NCBI GenBank assembly: GCA_009914755.4
Contig: CP068257.2
Coordinates: 2,208,001-2,272,000 of the forward strand
DNA: 64,000 bases
DNA from: the human T2T-CHM13v2.0 reference genome, Homo sapiens
Direction: 5' to 3'
Program-made: the position numbers and the translations under genes
Notes under the pieces: generated by a model
The model's input: only the letters and a program-made list of their open reading frames with translations
What the model was told of the DNA's origin: nothing
Databases searched by the model: none
Shown: positions 58,901-64,000 of the stretch, piece by piece
How the letters are laid out: each line of letters starts with the position of its first letter
Position numbering within the stretch: the first letter of the stretch is position 1

Positions 58901-59594
58901 CTGTTACCCCCCACCCCAAATTAATTTGGTACTAGAGATCTGCAGATAGGTACTGCTTGGTTTCAAATCACTGGCCAGGGTTCAAGGTCTAAGAGAATCA
59001 ACAACATGTCCTTTTTATAGAAAAATAGATTTATATTTTACAAGCTATCCTTTTCATTAGTATCAAGTCTGTAAAATTCAATGAAAAATCTTTCTTTCAC
59101 TGCTTAAAGCACTGACAGATTTATATAGAGGAATAAGACCTTGTTTTCCTTGGCCCTAATTTCTATCTAAAGGGTCTGGGAAACACACCCTTCAAACTAT
59201 CAAATCTCATCAGATGGGTTTTATTAACACTTATAATGTGGCTTCCTTTCTAATCTGATTCTGGTGCAACATCACAGAGAGAAGAAGCTGAAGGAAATCA
59301 AAATAATTTACCCCCAAATATATTGTTTGACGTATTTTGAAATGGCTGCTGCAGGGCCAAGAGATTGAAATGGCCCTCATTAAGGTAGCCCAATCTCCCC
59401 TTCTAGGTCTTCCCAGATCTGGGGAAGATTAACTAAGAGCCTGAGGCATTTAAAGTTTGAAAAGATATATTTACTCTCTATTTTCTCAACATATTTTGGC
59501 AGAATTTGGATTTTTCCATTATCAATATTTTCCAAAATGCATGATTTTTAATACCAAAACTGATTTAAAATTACCATACGTTGGAATATAAATT

Positions 59595-60040
59595 ATTCTA
59601 TTATAAAGATACATGCATTTGCATGTTCACTGCAGCACTATTCACAATAGTAAAGACATGGAATCAACCCAGATGGACATTATCAGTGATAATGGGATAA
59701 AGAAAATGTGGTATATATACACCATGGAATACTATGGAGCCATAAAAATGAATGAGATCATGCTCTTTGCAGGGATATGGATGAACCCGAAGCTGATATC
59801 TTCAGCAAACTAATGCAGGAAGAAAAAACCAAACACTGCATCTTCTCACTTATAAGTGGGAGCTGAACGATAAGAACACATGGACTCGGGGAGGGGAACA
59901 ACAAACACTGGGGCCTGTTGGGGTCAGGAGGGAGAGCATCAAGATCAATAACTAATGCCCACAGGGCTTAATATCTAGGTGATGGATTGATAGGTGCAGC
60001 AAGCCATCATGGAACACGTTTACCTATATAAGAAACTTGT
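59595..60040 (+). mobile_element. young L1PA 3'-end fragment (sense), truncated at both ends
   Basis: High similarity to the L1PA 3' end: CATGCATTTGCATGTTCACTGCAGCACTATTCACAATAGTAAAGACATGGAATCAACCCAGATGGACATTATCAGTGATAATGGGATAAAGAAAATGTGGTATATATACACCATGGAATACTATGGAGCCATAAAAATGAATGAGATCATG…GGGAGGGGAACAACAAACACTGGGGCCTGTTGGGGTCAGGAGGGAGAGCATCAAGATCAATAACTAATGC. Confidence 0.85.
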
Positions 60041-60130
60041 TGGCCAGACTGGTCTTGAACTCCTGACCTCATGATCTTCCTGCCTTGGCCTCCCAAAGTG
60101 CTGGGATTACAGGTGTGGCCACCATGCCTG
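60040..60130 (-). mobile_element. partial Alu (antisense, about 90 bp of the right arm)
   Basis: TTGGCCAGACTGGTCTTGAACTCCTGACCTCATGATCTTCCTGCCTTGGCCTCCCAAAGTGCTGGGATTACAGGTGTGGCCACCATGCCTGG. Confidence 0.8.
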
Positions 60131-60502
60131 GTGGCTATTTCTCTTTTTAAATTCTCTCAGGACTCCTAAAATCTCAAAACTTTGACCTAGATTCCCTAAT
60201 CTACATTTCCAGCTCTGACCATTTTCTTGAGGTCTCTTCCTTCTAGTACCCATATTATAGAAAATATTCTCAACCACATGCTCATACATTGCTAATTGGT
60301 GCAGATTACTTTTGTAGATAGTGAATGTTGTCTATTTTATGTTGGTTCTCATTAATGTTACTTTGAGTATACTGTTATTTTCTAATCTCAAAGGGGGACT
60401 ATCTCACTGTTATGATACTAACCAGTATACTTTGTCCTTTTTTTCTTGCTTTCTTCTTTTTTGGACCAGTATACTTTGTCCCTTTTTTTGTTTTTCTTTT
60501 TT

Positions 60503-60823
<321 letters not shown>

Positions 60824-61214
60824 TGAGAATCATATTATCAATTGTTTGCCTTTGTTTTCTTTTAAAGAAATTCCTTTTCCATAGAGATATGGCATGATGA
60901 AAGTCTTGTTCTAAAGTTTCTTTTGGGGGACATTTAACTATGTCATTGGGAAGCTTCAGTAAGTAGAGATCTCCCTTCTTCTCACTCAAGATTCTTCATC
61001 TCAAAATGGTGTCCACCAAATGTCTTAATCCAGTTAGTCTTTTGTGTAGAAATTCATGAAATAAGAACCTTCTTGAGAAGTTGGAGGCTAGTGATTGAGA
61101 TGGTTTAACGCTGCCCCTTATTATATGTTTTACTCCCAAGGTAGACATCAAAGTGGCTAATAATTCTATGACTGATGTCTAACTCACTTCTAAGGGAATC
61201 TATACAAAACGTTT

Positions 61215-61492
61215 TATTTATGAGACAGAGTCTCCCTCTGTTACCCAGCCTGGAGCGCAGCGGCTTGATCACTGTTCACTACAGCCTCAATATTCCAAGC
61301 TCAAACGACCCTCCTACCACAGCCTCCCAATGTAGCTGGGACTACAGGCGTGCACCACCATGCCTCAGATAAGTGTTTAATTTTTTTTTTTTTTTTTTTT
61401 TTTTTTAGAGACAGGGTCTCACTATATTGCTCTGGCTGGTCTCAAACTCATGGGCTCAAACGATCCTCCTGCTTCAGCCTTCCAAAACCAGG
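61215..61492 (-). mobile_element. Alu SINE (antisense) with an expanded T28 middle linker, 5'-truncated
   Basis: TATGAGACAGAGTCTCCCTCTGTTACCCAGCCTGGAGCGCAGCGGCTTGATCACTG...GGCGTGCACCACCATGCCTCAG then T28 then AGAGACAGGGTCTCACTATATTGCTCTGGCTGGTCTCAAACTCATGGGCTCAAACGATCCTCCTGCTTCAGCC. Confidence 0.8.
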
Positions 61493-62629
61493 TGTTTAAC
61501 TGGGGACTAACATGAAACACTTAGAAGACTACGTGGAACATAGTGAGCTACATAAAATATTTGCTATTAGCATAATAATTTTATTGTATATCTTAACAAA
61601 ATTGTGTATTTTAGGCAGGTGGCATGCCAATGGAAGTACTCTCCTATAGCTGCACTGAATCATTCTTACCACTGAGAGTTGCAGCAAATGGGGGACATAA
61701 TTTATAACTTACTTTTCTCTCTGTATGACTCATTAGGCAATGACTATGTATGTACTACAATGTAAACAGCACCTCCTGGATTGAATAGTACATAACTGAC
61801 ATGACCAGCAGAGACAGGCTAAAGACACTGAGCTGAAAACCCTGGACTCTATTGCTAAATCAAGGCTCCTGAATCCGTTTCCTCTGAGCAACTGTTGCTG
61901 TGATGCTGCCTTCACAAGCACTCTGCTGAGCACTCAGATTGAGGGGCTGTGCTATCCGTCATCGGACAAGCTGCACCCAGAACTGTTCAGCTGACAAACT
62001 GGTAGCAGTCCAGAAACACAGTTCTGCTGCATAGTGAAAAAAGGCCAATTTAGATTATTTTTCATAGAGAGAAAAACATAAACATGTGATTGAACGAGTC
62101 TCCTGTATTAGACTAATTGGGTTGGCTTTGATATTTAATTGCTAAAAACACACTTAGAATACAAACCTTACTGTGTCAAGGTCTCAAAGAAGAAATAATT
62201 GGTATGGTATAAAGTATTGAATTGTATGCTACAAACTTCTAAGCTAAAATATTTTCAATGTATGCAAGGATAGGTGGCATACATATTATATATTATTCCC
62301 CCATTAAGCAAATTTATAATGAGAGAAAACTATCTTCCATAAAAAAATAAAAGCCATGTAAAATTAAGAACTAAGTTTTTCTGCACAGACTAGACAACGA
62401 TTGCTAACACATGAGGTCAATGAGAGAACAATCAGAGAAAGCTTCATGAAAACAATAAATTGTCTGCCACGTCTGAGTGAATGAGGCTAGATGAATAGAA
62501 ACTGAGAAGGCAGAAAGGATAGCATGAGCAAGACAAGTGCTGAAATCTGCCCAATTAACTCTGAGGATAAAGTCCAATGGCAGAGAAATAAAAACGCTTG
62601 TCCACATAATAACCTGTAAGTGAATGTTC

Positions 62630-63085
62630 GCAGCAGCATTTTTCATAAGAGCTAAACAGTGGAAACTAACCTAAAGGTCCATCAACCGATGAATGAATGG
62701 AAAACCAGTATAGACATGGAATAGAATATCACTTAACTATAAGAAGAAATAAACTACCAATGTGTGCTAAAACATTATGCTAAGTGAATTCTGAAAACAT
62801 TATGCTAAGTGAAAAAGCCAGTCACAAAGGACTACGTATTGTATAATTCTATGTATATGAAATAAGCAGAACAGGTAAACATATGGAGACAAAAGTAGAT
62901 AGATGGTGGTTGCCTACAACAGAGGTAGGTGGAGGGACATGGAGGAAGGCTGCAGTCATGCCTAGGAGATGTGGGGTTGCTTTTCAGGTGATGAAAATGC
63001 TGTGAATATACTAATAGATACTCAGTTGTACATTTTAAATGGTTGAACTCTCTCAAATGTGAATGATATCTCAGTGAAACTGTCT
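62630..63085 (+). mobile_element. old L1 3'-UTR fragment, sense
   Basis: …AAACATTATGCTAAGTGAAAAAGCCAGTCACAAAGGACTACGTATTGTATAATTCTATGTATATGAAATAAGCAGAACAGGTAAACATATGGAGACAAAAGTAGATAGATGGTGGTTGCC…GGTGATGAAAATGCTGTGAATATACTAATAGATACTCAGTTGTACATTTTAAATGGTTGAACTCTCTCAAATGTGAATGATATCTCAGTGAAACTGTC. Confidence 0.8.
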
Positions 63086-64000
63086 TTAAAATCCAAAGGC
63101 AGGATCAAGATAATTTTCTCAACTCTCAATTTTTGATGTACATGTTATCTCAAATTTAAATATTTCCACAGTTTTATAGTATATTTTAAATAAAAGATAA
63201 AGAAAATGCCTAACTTTTCAAATAGTTTGTAAATTAACCTAAAACATGCACTTTTAAAAGAATAGTATAATGGCCTTTCTGTACAAGTTAACCTAGAATC
63301 TGTGAAATAAATAGACACAGATTCTGTGTCCACTCACAAAAGTGAAGAAATAAGACAATTTTCTGGAACATTCCATGAAACATTCTTCTCTGATTTAATC
63401 TGGCCTGCCTCATCAGAGCAATACAAAAATTACTTAAAAATACTGTTTTAACAGGACAACAGTCAGTTTTCTATGAGGAATGATGTATAATTCTCAACTT
63501 TTCCAAGGGTACATATTGTAAGAGAAAAGGTATGCAATGGTTTTTCAAAATGGTAGAATGAAAGTCACTATATAAAAAAATAAGTACATTATAGAGATAG
63601 TAAAATGGAAATAATTCATTGTAATGAAAATAAAAAATCAAGCTTCTGCCATAATTAGTGTCCTAAAACATGTTATGTAATTCAACTAGCTACAGAATAA
63701 CCGTTGACATGCTAAGTTCCATACATACTTGACTTTCCACTTGAAATAATTTCTTCTTTGGGACCTGTGTCTCATCCAAATTAATGTGATAATGTGATAT
63801 ACTTCCAGTGGAGACTCTAACATAGTTAATTTTTTTAGGCTGTCAGCTGCTTCTTGCAGAAGTTGTCTCACAACCACCTGAGAAAATAGTTTTGTTACTG
63901 ATTTTATAAATTGCCTTATTATTAAATTATGTTAATAATATTTAACTCTAACATACGTACTTTGAAAATTATCACCACACATATCGATTCACCTTCTTTT

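Overview
This window reads as primate (human-type) nuclear DNA, not a prokaryotic locus. It is dense in Alu SINEs (about 30 copies, both orientations). It holds a full-length but ORF-disrupted L1PA LINE on the minus strand (about 9.8-16.0 kb), older L1 fragments, a Tigger1 pogo-like DNA transposon (31.07-34.33 kb) that carries three nested Alus, and MaLR LTR fragments. Most six-frame ORFs in the track are translations of these repeats or GC-rich noise.

Non-repeat content:
- A CpG island with promoter-type motifs (ZNF143/Staf-like, GABP/ETS CCGGAAGTG, Sp1 GC box) at about 0.76-1.26 kb.
- Three to four candidate internal exons of a coiled-coil protein gene on the minus strand (50.27-52.78 kb, possibly also 56.46-56.60 kb), with consensus splice sites and partly consistent phases. 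I cannot name the gene from memory.

Unusual structure:
- Three tandem-repeat arrays: a 35-36 bp minisatellite (6.05-7.26 kb), a 48 bp minisatellite that is ORF-open on both strands (36.38-37.85 kb), and two direct-oriented arrays of a degenerate 15 bp unit (38.19-39.07 kb and 43.42-44.04 kb).
- Those two 15 bp arrays bracket a 4.3 kb segment containing nested inverted repeats/palindromes (40.76-42.05 kb).
- A (GT)26 microsatellite sits at an Alu tail, and a diverged repeat has two direct copies at 4.9 kb and 18.7 kb.

No rRNA, tRNA, CRISPR or prokaryotic-style operon is supportable. All repeat boundaries are approximate (a few bp to a few tens of bp).
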